Source: Chiloscyllium plagiosum
Taxonomy: Eukaryota
Direction of reading: 5' to 3'
Length of the DNA: 38,378 nt
Assembly: GCF_004010195.1 (NCBI RefSeq)
Contig: NW_025214968.1
Location: forward strand, 1 to 38,378
Below are positions 24,321 through 35,742 of the stretch, piece after piece (position 1 is the stretch's first letter; each line of letters begins with the position of its first letter). The notes under the pieces are model-generated. The model did no database searches. It was not told the DNA's origin and saw only the letters and a program-made list of their open reading frames with translations. The position numbers and the translations under genes are program-made.

Positions 24321-25015
24321 ATCCCCATACATTGACGAATATGGACGTATTTACAATCTCCGAAATCCCTCTACTCCCCAACCATCTCAAACATTCTCAT
24401 CCATGCCCTACATTCTGAGGGCCAGTCCAGAACAGCCTCGGGTTCAGTAAGATAGTGCCGAACACTTTTAATTACCTTTCCCCATATATTGACATGTGTA
24501 TACAACCCACCTACCCCAGGTCTCATTCAACAATGCCCATCTGAGAGCTAAGCCTAGCAACAGCATTACACCCCAGGAATATACTAGACACTCAACTGCC
24601 CTTCCCTATGCACTGACATAAATGTATTTATATTGTACCTCTCCCAAACCCCTGCCCCATTAGTCTGCAGCACTCTTCCCCAAATACAAGCAAAGCCCAG
24701 CAACAGCCTCCAGCCCCAAGGTCTTAAACTGCCCCGAGGAGAAATACACTTCTTACGTGCCCCTTCAATATATCAACATATATGCATTACCCCACCACTT
24801 TCCCCAGCCAAGACTCAATGATCAACACACTCGTCCGCCAAATAGTCAGTGATTTGCCCCATCCTGCGGGCCAGCCGAGCACCAGCCTCTGGCCCCAAGA
24901 TCTCCCATTCACACCAGTGATGAATACCCTCTGAGCAGATCCTCGAAATATATTGACTCATGGTTCAATGCGTTAGACCACATCACCCCACCAAAACTGA
25001 GTGAGCTGAGCAGTT

Positions 25016-25123
25016 CTGAAACATCGATTTACCTGTTTCTCGGTTACTGCCTGACCTGCTGTGCTTTTCCAGCACCACTCTAATCTTGGCTCGAAACTCC
25101 AGCATCTGCAGTACCCACTTTTC
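25016..25123 (+). mobile_element. Penelope-like terminal fragment
   Basis: gaaacatcgattt…ctgcctgacctgctgtgcttttccagcaccac…ctccagcatctgcagt. Confidence 0.78.
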
Positions 25124-25273
25124 CCTAGTCCTGCATCCCAGCCGGCAACAGCCTCTGGCCCTAGCGTCTCCCACTCACCTGCCCCTCCACATATACTGAC
25201 AACCATGTGGACACATATTACTACCCCTGCCCACAATGTTCCTGTCAGCTGCCCTGTCCCAGAGTAAAGTCTA

Positions 25274-25481
25274 CAGAGAAACTGGCCCCTCCCATATACT
25301 GACAAACTTGCCACACCACGCCAAGACTGATCGAGCTGCTCTGTCAACGTATTACGTCCCCTGCGACACCATTCCCCCAGAGAAACTGCCCCTCCCATAT
25401 ACTGACAAACTTGCCACACCACGCCAAGACTGATCGAGCTGCTCTGTCAACGTATTACGTCCCCTGCGACACCATTCCCCC
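25274..25481. repeat. Near-perfect ~104-bp tandem duplication
   Basis: cagagaaactg…gacaccattccccc occurs twice; the only visible difference is one extra g in the first copy. Confidence 0.92.
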
Positions 25482-26440
25482 GCCCCCCCCCCATAAGACT
25501 GAGAGAGCTGCCATGTTGTGGGGCTCAATCTACCAACTGCCTCTAGCCCCTGGTGCCCAACTCACCTCTGGGATGATTAACCCTTCCATATACTGACAAA
25601 CATGAATACATACATTACATCCCCTGCCACACTAACCCCTCCACAAGACTGAGCGAGCTGATGCATTCTGGGGCCCAGCTTAGCAACAGCCTCTGGTCTC
25701 AGGGTCTCCCACACTCCCATCCCAAGGGTGATTTCCCCTCTCACCTGCCCCTCCCCATATACAGGGGAACCACGATTATCCAAATGAGATGGGCAGGCAC
25801 TATTTTGTGTGGATAATTGATGATTCGCTTAATCGACTAAATGCCTTTCCACTGAGGCTTGGAGTTTTTAAAGTCTGCTCCCCATTTCAGACACGAGCTG
25901 CAGCACACAGCGCGCGAGACCCCACCCCGCCTGCCAAACCCGCCCCAGTCTCACTTCCAGCCCCACAAACCCGTCCAACATCTCCCCACGCACACTGACA
26001 ATGATCGCCTCCCTCCCCCAACCGTCCAACAACTACCTCTGCCCCCTNNNNNNNNNNNNNNNNNNNNNNNNNNNNNNNNNNNNNNNNNNNNNNNNNNNNN
26101 NNNNNNNNNNNNNNNNNNNNNNNNNNNNNNNNNNNNNNNNNNNNNNNNNNNNNNNNNNNNNNNNNNNNNNNNNNNNNNNNNNNNNNNNNNNNNNNNNNNN
26201 NNNNNNCATGCGCCCCCAAATACGACTCGCGTCGATCCCCTTTCCAACACCACCCTCCTCCTCCCCCAAACTATGCGACTCCACCCCCGCCCCTCAACCC
26301 TGTACAACTCCTCCCTTGCCCACAACAACGCTCACCTCCAATATTATCCCCGCAACCCTCTGCGGGGAAACTGGACTGTTCACCAACAACAAGACTGCTG
26401 CAGTTGCCTTTGTGGGGTAAATCTCTAAAGGCACGTCTCT

Positions 26441-26482
26441 GCGCGCGCGCACACACACAGACACACACACACAGCCACACGC
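26441..26482. repeat. (GC)n(CA)n microsatellite
   Basis: gcgcgcgcgcacacacacagacacacacacac. Confidence 0.85.
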
Positions 26483-28058
26483 ATGATATTAACTCCACCG
26501 TTTTGACGGGTTCCACCTCTGCCTTGTTCAGGACAATGTTGGAGGGATTATCTGGGAAAGGGACATCCCTTTGTAGATCTCCAGGGAAAGTGTGAGGAGA
26601 GAGAGATGGCGGGAGGTCAATCATTTGCAGAAGGTGCCTGTTTAATCACTGTAAACAAAAGATGTGCTCACTGATGGAAACACGTCTTTGATGTAATGTA
26701 TCTATCGCGAGCTCGAGACCTCCTTCGGATAATCCAATTTTGGATAATTGGTTTTCAGATATACGAGGTTCTTCCATATCGACATACATGCACATATATT
26801 TATTACAGACCCTTCCTCATCTTCACAACAGGGCCACCAAGCCTCACCTGCCCGCATTCCAGCAGCCGACCTAGCAACAGCCTCTGGCCACAAATCTGAA
26901 TTCTACACTCCCCCTGTTCAGAAGGGTGATACTTCTCGCCGCTCTCGCGCTCCCCTCCTTCTCCAGCCACCGCCATCTTCCAGGGCTTAACTCTGATGTC
27001 AGAGTGCACCACACTGCGATGCCCCTTCACCATCACCTGACGTCAACGCGCATCCCGAGCTGTGCTCCACTCATTTCCATCAGACTTAATCGCGGTGCCC
27101 CGTTTAAGGAACAACACACATACCCCGTGCCACTGAACTTGTGTCCACAGGCAAAAAAAAAAATCATTTCCATTTTGGTTTGAGTTGGGTTCGGTTGGGG
27201 TGTGGGGTGCAGAGTCGACTGAACTATCTCAATCCATTTGCGTGTTTTGGGCTGGGGAAGACTGAAATCATTCATTTCCATGGCGAGGTGGTGTGTGTAT
27301 TGTGGGTGGAGGGGCATCAGTAGTCCCTCCACCCACAATATTGGCTAACATTTGGAAAAACGAAAACAGTTTCAGGGGTCAGAAAAGTCACAAAACCAAA
27401 TTAAAATCAATCCCGAGCTTCCCACCACCCCACCCCCGCATTCCACTCCTATTCACTTTTTGCCCCCTCCCAACCCTCTCCCAAAAGCGAGGAGAGAGAG
27501 CTGGGGAATGTTCATTAGGGACAGTTTTATTTTGTGGGTAGATCCAAATCTGGCAAGTATGAATCTTTTAAAGGCTGGTTATAGAGATTTCAGGACCTGA
27601 ATGTTCCTGGGAAATTGTAGGATTGGGACGGTGAGATCCGGGAACTTTGGAAGAAAAGAGAAATTGCAAGCTTCGTCAAAAAAAAAAGAAGTATATATAA
27701 AGTTTGGGAAACCTCAAGCCAGGCAGAGACCTGGAAAGTAGAAAGAAAATCGAAAAGAACTCAAACACGGAAATAGGAGTGCTAAAAATGGTCATAAAGT
27801 CGCTTTGACAGACGGGATTAAGGAAAATCTCAAGGCGGTTTTGGAAAGGACTAAGGTTGGCAAGTCTCCAGGATCTATCCATGAATGCTTGGGGAGGCGG
27901 GTGAGGAAATTGCTAGAGCTTTGTACGAAAACTTTATATCCTCCTTTAGTCAAAGGAGAGGACTGGCAAATAGCCAAGGTTATTCCTTTAAGAAGGACAA
28001 ACCAGGAAATTACAGGCGAGTGAGCCTTATCAGACAATGTGAAAGCAATCTGAAGCCC

Positions 28059-28302
28059 ATCTAAACTACACTATTCCATTATTATTCATATGTTTATCCA
28101 ATGACCAGTTAAATGCCCTTAAAATTGGTGAGTATACTACCATTGCAGGCAGGGCATTCTACGCCCTTAATATTCCCTGAGTAAAGAACCTACCTCTCAC
28201 ATCAGTCATATATGTGTCACCCCTCAATTTATAGCTATGTCCTCGCGTGCCAGCCATCCGCCTCCGAGGATAAAAGGCCTCCCTGTCCATCTTGTCTAAT
28301 CT
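28059..28302 (-). mobile_element. Nested inverted CR1 3' fragment
   Basis: RLDKMDREAFYPRRRMAGTRGHSYKLRGD…DVRGRFFTQ. Confidence 0.82.
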
Positions 28303-28474
28303 TAATGAAGACTTATTGGAGAAGATTCTTAAGAAGGTAAGGATTGTTTTGAGTAAGTGGTAAAGATGGCTGATGAAGGGAGGGCGGTAGATATTATCTG
28401 TATGAACTTTGGCAAAGCCTTTGTCAACGTCCCTCACAGCAGGCTGATGCAGTTCAGAAGATGCAGTCACATGG

Positions 28475-28884
28475 CTCCTTGAAAGTGGAGTCGCAGGTAA
28501 ATAGGATTGTGAAGAAGGCGTTTGGTATGCTTTCATTTATTGGTCAGAGTATTGAGTACAGGGGTTGGGAGGTCATGTTGCGGCTGTACAGGACATTGGT
28601 TGGGCCACTGTTGGACTATTGCAATTCTGGTCTCCTTCCTATCGGAAAGATGTTGTGAAACTTGAAAGCGTTCAGAAAAGATTTACAAGGATGTTGCCAG
28701 GTTGGAGGATCGGAGCTACAGGGAGAGGCTGAACAGGCTGGGTCTGTTTTCCCTGGAGCATCGGAGACTGAGGGGTGACCTTATAGAGGATTTTGAGGGG
28801 CATGGATAGGATAAACAGGCAAAGTCTTTTGGACCGAAGGGTATGTTTCCATGCTGTATATCCCTATGACTCTATGACTCTATG
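28475..28884 (+). mobile_element. Nested CR1 3' fragment with ACATGG target-site duplication
   Basis: LKVESQVNRIVKKAFGMLSFIGQSIEYR; (ctctatga)n tail; ACATGG at 28469-28474 and 28885-28890. Confidence 0.88.
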
Positions 28885-29396
28885 ACATGGGATCCGTGTT
28901 GAGCTGCTAAGATGCGTACAGAACTGGCTCAGTCACATCTCAGGGGCAACATCACCTCTTCAAAGCTGTGCTGGATCTACGAAGACGTTGTTTCAAGAAG
29001 GAAATAATTGTGCAACCTGAGAGATTCTCAGGCTTTAATGATTTCGCCGACAAAAAAATTCTGCGGCTTCAGCAATAGCATGAGGTGGCCACCAGAGGGT
29101 GGTATTGTATCACTTTAAATAAAAGAGCCCACTGTCGCCACATGTGGACACACAGGCATGAGCACATATTAACATAGACACACATATGGAAACACACATC
29201 AACCTGACCATCATCATCACATCACTTAAACACAAGGCATACAGATGGAGAAAGGGTTGTAGGGTTTAATCCCATTTCAACAGTTTCACCCCAAAAACAA
29301 CAGAGACCCCACTGCACAGAGACAGAAGCACAGACCTGTGTATCTTTTTCTTTGTTTCCCTCTGTTTCCGTATACCTCCTCCACAACGCTTGCCCC

Positions 29397-29677
29397 TCAA
29401 AATATTACCCCACAAATTTCTGTCCAGTAAAGATTTGCCCACAGTTCATACCATTCCAACTTGTTCCTCTTGCCGAATTTTTGCTTCACCAAAACTCCCT
29501 TCTTAAGTTTAACATCCACCACAAATGTGTGCCCCTCCAAACATTGAGTTCCTACCCGTCCCCAGTTTGTGAGACCACGCCTTGTGCAGTGTCCCACAGC
29601 TGCATCCTGCTGCATTGGCGACGTTGGATTTTCAGAACGGTCAGTTTCTGGTTGGTCTTGTGTTTTGTTTTTGGATA
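29397..29677 (-). CDS. Gene B candidate downstream/terminal exon (ISKNKTQDQPETDRSENPTSPMQQDAAVG…; 3' end uncertain)
   Basis: Phase-1 acceptor (gtacactcAG), open to a stop at 29397; the first ~30 aa are polar and tail-like; weak pyrimidine tract. Confidence 0.4.
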
Positions 29678-29799
29678 CTGAGTGTACGCACAAACAATGA
29701 AGGGCCAAACTAAGTGAAGCTACAAACAAGATTATTTGCATGAGAAATAGTACAGGTAAGAAGTGATAGACAGAGTTAAGGATCAGATAACCAACGGAT

Positions 29800-30560
29800 C
29801 AGAGAACAAAGAACAGTCGAACATAGCAACAGGTCCTTGGGCCCACCAAGATTGTGCTGACACATGATGCTTTTCTAAATTAAAAACATTTCCTTTCTAC
29901 ATTCTACATATTTTCCAATCCCTGCCTGCTCATGTATCTGTCACGATTGCTTTTAAAAGTTGCTATTGTACCCGTCTCCAAACCTTTGTGGCAACACGTT
30001 TCAGGTATATTTACCACCTTCGGTGTGAAACAAAAGCTGCCTCTCACATCTCCTTTCACCTTCCCCTCTTTTACCTTAAATCTATTACCACACCCTCACT
30101 CCAATTGACATTTCCACCCGGGTAGAAAAGACGCTGGAAACATTATCCCCCCATTTTTTAAAGTTCTATTAGGACGCCCGCCAGACTCTGATGTTCAAGT
30201 GACAACAATATAGGTCTGTCAAACCTCTCCTCGTAACTAATACCCTCTGAACCAGGCCGCATTCTGGTAAACACTCTCTGTAGCCTCTACAAAGCTTCCA
30301 CATCCCTTTGGCTGTGTGGCGTCCAGACATGCACACAATATTACAAATGTGGTCTACCTAAATTTCGACAGCAAGCAACCTGACTTTAAACAATCATTAT
30401 CTGTGCCTTGACTGGTGAAGGTTAGCATGCCAACCACCTTCTTGATCACCTTACCGTTGTGTTGCCACTTTCAGAAGCTGTGTGCCTGTCTGCCTCGATC
30501 CCTCTGTATATTAATGTTACTAAGATTTCACAGTGGACTGTATAATTTTGTCCTGCATTC
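29800..30560 (-). mobile_element. CR1 3' fragment
   Basis: gaacaaagaacag…caggtccttgggcccacca tail, followed by decayed RT C-terminus. Confidence 0.78.
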
Positions 30561-30807
30561 CGGCTTCCGAAATACTCACACAAAGTTATTCACGCACCCA
30601 TGACACGGTTACACACTCACAGATTACACCCGCAACCAATCACTCACTGAAACTCATACACATTGACTGTGGCACTGACATCAACAAAGTGACACAGAAT
30701 TCCAACCCATATATTTAATCACCGCATTTTTATTGATGAAATGCAAATTACGTTGTACATCAAGTGTATGAAAAAGCAAAGCACTTACACATGCAATTCC
30801 GAAGAGA

Positions 30808-30972
30808 GGTCAGGCAGCAAGCGAGGAGCAGAAGAACCGACGTTTTGGACCAGAGAAATTCATTAGGAATGAGGCCTCATTCCTGATGAAGCACTTTTGC
30901 CCAAAACGTCGATTTTCCTGCTCCTCACATGCTGCCTGAACTGCTGAGCTTTTCGAACACCACATTCTCGAT
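30808..30972. mobile_element. Palindromic head-to-head Penelope-like termini
   Basis: Arms 30811-30874 and 30875-30938 around the perfect centre aggaatgagg|cctcattcct; ctgatga core at 30883-30889. Confidence 0.85.
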
Positions 30973-31134
30973 TCACAGAAATATGGGCCAAATGTTGGCA
31001 AACGGGATCAGATAAGGTTGAATCATAAGATGATTCAAGTAAGAATTGGCACCCCTCAGACCTGTCCAGGAAACTGGACAATGCTGATCGTGTTCATGAA
31101 GATGGCGTGGCCTTGTCAAAGGATGTATCCTAGA

Positions 31135-31440
31135 CGCATACAATCATATAGCAGATAAGAGGCCCTTCGGCCCATGGAGTATGCACTGTCAAAAATCTGC
31201 TACTTCTGATGTTCGTCTGAAGTTCCTGCAGTAGACCCATGGCATTTAATGTTAGAAAACTGCCAGCACTCAGGCAAGTTTTAAATGTTTTGAGGTATCT
31301 CGCCTCACCTAACACAGAGACAGTGCATTCCAGTAACCCACCACCCTCGAGGTGGTGATCAGTTTCCTCAAATTACATCAAACCTCCTGACATTCTCTTT
31401 TAAATTATGTCAAACTAGTTATTGACCCTTTAGTCAGGTT
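31135..31440 (-). mobile_element. CR1 3' fragment (old)
   Basis: gaggcccttcggcccat tail and gtgcattccagtaacccaccaccctc. Confidence 0.65.
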
Positions 31441-32426
31441 GATAATGATGATCAAGGTTTGTTAATAATTTTCACAATCACTTCGGATTTTATTTGTGGC
31501 ATTGCTAAGATATATTTAAATATTGGAGCAACTGGAACGATAATTGGAAAAAATCGATTGTGCAATGCCATGTTTCACATTTGGGAGAGATTAGCATGAA
31601 GTGACGTTTACGTGGTAAAGGAATCAGATGAAATGCAGTCGCTTGGTTGGCAGTGTGTTCGATCCGACATGTTGAAAGACAGATCTCTCAACAGGTAAAT
31701 CAACGAAAAACAACCTCAGTGAGGCTGGGGAATGAAAAAGAGAATGATTCATGTTGGTCACTGAGGAGGTTAGGAACTTTTCAGTAAGTTTGATTCAATG
31801 GCCTATTGGAAATATCGAAAATGGCTGAGCAGCTGATGAGGTAGTCTGGTTTTTAGTACAATGACACCCATGGACTAGAGACACGTATAATATCCAAGCT
31901 GGAAAAGCTCATTCGTCTTCGCCAATTGATTTGAGACCGGTTACACCGAATGATCACATCAAACACAGCTGTCTTTGACTTTACAAATAATACCCATTGG
32001 CTCTGTCTTCCCAGTGAGCAACAAGAACTACAACATTAAAAACACGGACCATCTAAACCCCCCAGTTCAATATTTTCCAATCAGCCAGTACCTGATTCAC
32101 TCTACATCGGAATTATATGGGCTGTCAATCTCACAGTGGCTGAAAGTAGAGCTTTGAAAAGAGCTGACAAAAAGCAGTGTCTGATCAAAATCAAAGTATT
32201 TCATTTGTTAAAAAGGGTAAGTTTTCAATGTGTTGACATTAAGATCCTGTCCAGGAATACCACACTTTCTCAGTAACAGTTTCCGGGGACAAGACATTGA
32301 TAGTTTTGAATCTTGAATTCTTCAATTTTCAGTAAATGCAATATCACTCACAGAATGGAAAGGGATGAAGACAGTGTGGACGCACAAATTGGTGGTTGTG
32401 ATGCGAGAGACTGTAATTCAACTTAC

Positions 32427-32549
32427 TGAGCGAACAAAGACCATTGTCAGCATTTGTCAGTGCGGGGGGTTCATCAGGATCACTGTCCAATTGTAACTGG
32501 CCGTCCTGAGGTTCAGTCTCAATGTCATCGTAACTGCCATGAATTCGAT
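32427..32549 (-). CDS. Gene B cytoplasmic-tail exon with YDDI (DRIHGSYDDIETEPQDGQLQLDSDPDEPPALTNADNGLCSL); absent from ORF track
   Basis: tttgttttcctccaAG acceptor, perfect GTAAGT donor, 123 nt, phase 1-1, acidic tyrosine motif. Confidence 0.8.
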
Positions 32550-32889
32550 CTTGGAGGAAAACAAATGATTATCTCCGATAGAAATTTTAACACACGACAC
32601 CAAGAGCTAGAAGAGAAGATTCGTGCTAGAATACAGCATTAATGCCGCAACGTGGAATTCGAAGTTAGGTTTTCTTTTCAGAGGAGTTCAACGTAGGAGA
32701 TAGGTGCAGAGATCAACAGCAAATTAGGTCTGCTTTATCTCTAAATTAGAAAGCTAAGTGGAACCACCAAGGCAGGGAAAATTTCAAAACCTAATAGTTA
32801 AAGATGAACTACCTCCAATTGTTGGACATTCCAGCTCCCAGGGACATAATCTATGACTTATCAAGGGGCAACTCAAACGGCATGATGGA

Positions 32890-33520
32890 CGAAGAAAGGC
32901 TGAGAGGAATTTCGAATTGTCTTCCTCTCAAAACAGTTGATTTCAGATAAAGTGTCAGTTTTAAATATGAGACAGATTAGATGTTTTTGTTCAATAAAGT
33001 CCAGAAGGTATTTGGGCCAAAGGCAGGTATCTGTATTTAGACCACACAACAGCTAGCCATGATCTTACTGACTGTGGGAACAGGTTTCAGGGGCTGAATA
33101 GCTTATTCCTGCGCCCCATCCCTATTTGTTTCCTTCCAGCCGAGGGCACTGAGGGATAGATGTGATTGAGCTGCAAGGAATTACGAAGGACGCAATTAGT
33201 GTAGACAGGATGGAATTTTTCTCTTGGGAGGGCGATGTCAAAGATCAGGGGTATGGATTTCAGGGGAAGGGAGGAAGAATGAAAGTTTTTCAGGAAACTT
33301 GTGTTCACCTGGAAGCTGTTTGGAATCTGGGAGTCTCTGACAGTCAGAGTGTTATAATAAAAAGATCCTCACTACATGTAAGCAGTATTCAGTGGTTCAT
33401 TTCCGCTTGAAGGCCACACAAAACAATGAAAAACGTGCGTTCAAATGGAGTTGGAATAGTTAGGTAGTTAATTTTTACAGGCGTGGGCTCAATGGACCAT
33501 GCCTCACTGACACCCAAACC
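32890..33520 (+). mobile_element. Two adjacent decayed CR1 3' fragments
   Basis: cagccatgatcttactga…ggggctgaatagcttattcctgc; then LRDRCD/VDRMEFF region. Confidence 0.6.
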
Positions 33521-33556
33521 AGTAACATTCTTTGAAATTAACATTGCTCATGTTTG

Positions 33557-33909
33557 AGAGGCATGGATAGGAGAAATGGCAAAGTCTTTTCCCTGGGTTT
33601 GGGGAGTCCAGAACGAGAGGCCATAGATTTAGGGTGAGAGGGGAAAGATATAAAAGAGACTTAAAGGGCAACATTTTCATGCAGGGGGTGATATGTGTAT
33701 GGAATGAGCTGTTGGAGGAGGTGGTGGAGGCTGGTAAAATTGCAACATATAAGAGGCATTTGGATGGATAGATGAATAGGAAGGGTTTGGACGGATATGG
33801 GCTGGGTTCTGGCAGCTGAGACTAGATTGGGTTGGGATTTCTTGACGGCATGGACGGGTTGGACAAAAGGGTCTGTTGCCATGCTGTACATCTCTATGAC
33901 TCTATGACT
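33557..33909 (+). mobile_element. CR1 3' fragment with ATGTTTG target-site duplication
   Basis: gaggcatggatagg…catgctgtacatctctatgactctatgact; ATGTTTG at 33550-33556 and 33910-33916. Confidence 0.88.
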
Positions 33910-33977
33910 ATGTTTGGATGGCAGAGAGGGAGAGTGAAGGACAAAAGTGAACTGACAGAAAATGAACTCATACACAC

Positions 33978-34091
33978 CTGAAGTACTGTTTGCATTCACC
34001 TCAAGATTTTCTGATCCTGGATGATTGCCACTCAAGCCATGGCTGGTGTAGTATTCGATGTGATTAAGTGAATCAACGGAAGCAGAAATAG
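33978..34091 (-). CDS. Gene B cytoplasmic-tail exon (ISASVDSLNHIEYYTSHGLSGNHPGSENLEVNANSTS)
   Basis: tttctgtttttAG acceptor, GTGTGT donor, 114 nt, phase 1-1, open frame. Confidence 0.78.
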
Positions 34092-34524
34092 CTAAAAACA
34101 GAAATGGAGAGTTATTATCGGCTTTAATGTCAGCGTGATGCACGACCCATTAGATGTTTGATCAAGCGAAATTACTTCATACAACTGGTGGTGAATCTGT
34201 CGAAAGTTTTGTCTCAGAGAGCTTCGATTGTCATCTAAAACAGCGATACAGAGGTTCTTGATAAGTGAGGGATTAAAATGTTCCTGGGAAGGCAAGAGAA
34301 AGAGTTTGAGATCATGCCTGCCATGATCAAAAAGCGGAGCTGATTCGAGGGGCCGAGTGGCCTCATTCTGCTCGTGTACCTCTTTGTCTGATAGTCTATG
34401 GTGCTATGGTTTATGATCTTAACTGGAGCATCGAAGTAGAAAACATAATCCTTTCATCTTCTCTGCAGCAAAAACTGGGATATTTTCAATAGCGAGCTAT
34501 ACAAGAAAATCATTCAATTCACAA

Positions 34525-35742
34525 ATTCTGGAAAGGGTGAAAATAGATAAGTCCCCTTGGCCTGATGGCATTTATCCTAGGATTCTCTGGGAAGCAAGGG
34601 AGGAGATTGCAGAGCCATTGGCCTTGATTTTTATGTCCTCGTTGTCTACAGGAGTAGTGCCAGAAGATTGGAGGCTAGCAAATGTGGTTCCCTTGTTCAA
34701 GAAGGGGAGTAGGGATAACCCTAATAANNNNNNNNNNNNNNNNNNNNNNNNNNNNNNNNNNNNNNNNNNNNNNNNNNNNNNNNNNNNNNNNNNNNNNNNN
34801 NNNNNNNNNNNNNNNNNNNNNNNNNNNNNNNNNNNNNNNNNNNNNNNNNNNNNNNNNNNNNNNNNNNNNNNNNNNNNNNNNNNNNNNNNNNNNNNNNNNN
34901 NNNNNNNNNNNNNNNNNNNNNNNNNNNNNNNNNNNNNNNNNNNNNNNNNNNNNNNNNNNNNNNNNNNNNNNNNNNNNNNNNNNNNNNNNNNNNNNNNNNN
35001 NNNNNNNNNNNNNNNNNNNNNNNNNNNNNNNNNNNNNNNNNNNNNNNNNNNNNNNNNNNNNNNNNNNNNNNNNNNNNNNNNNNNNNNNNNNNNNNNNNNN
35101 NNNNNNNNNNNNNNNNNNNNNNNNNNNNNNNNNNNNNNNNNNNNNNNNNNNNNNNNNNNNNNNNNNNNNNNNNNNNNNNNNNNNNNNNNNNNNNNNNNNN
35201 NNNNNNNNNNNNNNNNNNNNNNNNNNNNNNNNNNNNNNNNNNNNNNNNNNNNNNNNNNNNNNNNNNNNNNNNNNNNNNNNNNNNNNNNNNNNNNNNNNNN
35301 NNNNNNNNNNNNNNNNNNNNNNNNNNNNTAGGAAGATTGTATGAGGAAAGGCTGAGGCACTTGGGGCTGTTTTCATTGGAGGAAAGAAGTTTTAGGGGTG
35401 ACTTGATAGAGGTGTACAAGATGATTAGGGGTTTAGATGGGGTCGACAGTGAGAATTTTTTTCCACGTATGGAGTCAGCTATTACGAGGGGGTATAGCTT
35501 TAAATTAAGGGGTGGTAGGTATAGGGCAGATGTTAGGGGTAGGTTCTTTACTCAGCGTGTCGTGAGTTCATGGAATGCCCTGCCAGTAGCAGTGGTGGAC
35601 TCTCCCTCATTATGGGCATTTAAGCGGGCATTGGATAGGCATATGGAGGATAGTGGGCTAGTGTAGGTTAGGTGGGCTTGGATCGGCGCAACATCGAGGG
35701 CCGAAGGGCCTGTACCGCGCTGTATTCTTCTATGTTCTATGT
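34525..35742 (+). mobile_element. Young CR1 LINE (5'-truncated, spans gap)
   Basis: KIDKSPWPDGIYPRILWEAREEIAEPL…DWRLANVVPLFKKG; YEERLRHLGLFSLEERSFRGDLIEVYKMIRG…; (ttctatg)n tail; both visible parts are stop-free. Confidence 0.93.

Larger units (their letters stand above)
24320..26900. repeat. Degenerate C-rich satellite-like array
   Basis: Recurring motifs ccc-catatactgaca and agcaacagcctc-ggccc at about 24430, 24556, 24698, 24878, 25145, 25682 and 26873. Confidence 0.7.
27670..28938 (+). mobile_element. Older CR1 RT fragment hosting two nested CR1 insertions
   Basis: KVGKSPG, EDWQIAKVIPL, gcggtagatattatctgtatgaactttggcaaagcc, PHSRL; resumes at 28885 (HGIRVELLRCVQNWL). Confidence 0.8.

Noticed and set aside
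24320..25800. CRISPR-like repeat/spacer interpretation of the recurring motifs
   Set aside because: Vertebrate context, degenerate irregular units, related 'spacers' and no cas genes.
27038..27045. Perfect CRE (TGACGTCA) in a mildly CpG-rich patch
   Set aside because: A single 8-mer with no associated exon or TSS evidence.
30975..31129. Tail-like peptide DRSEGCQFLLESSYDSTLSDP as an extra gene B exon
   Set aside because: The nearest acceptor is in the wrong phase and an in-frame TGA precedes the peptide; at most a decayed exon.
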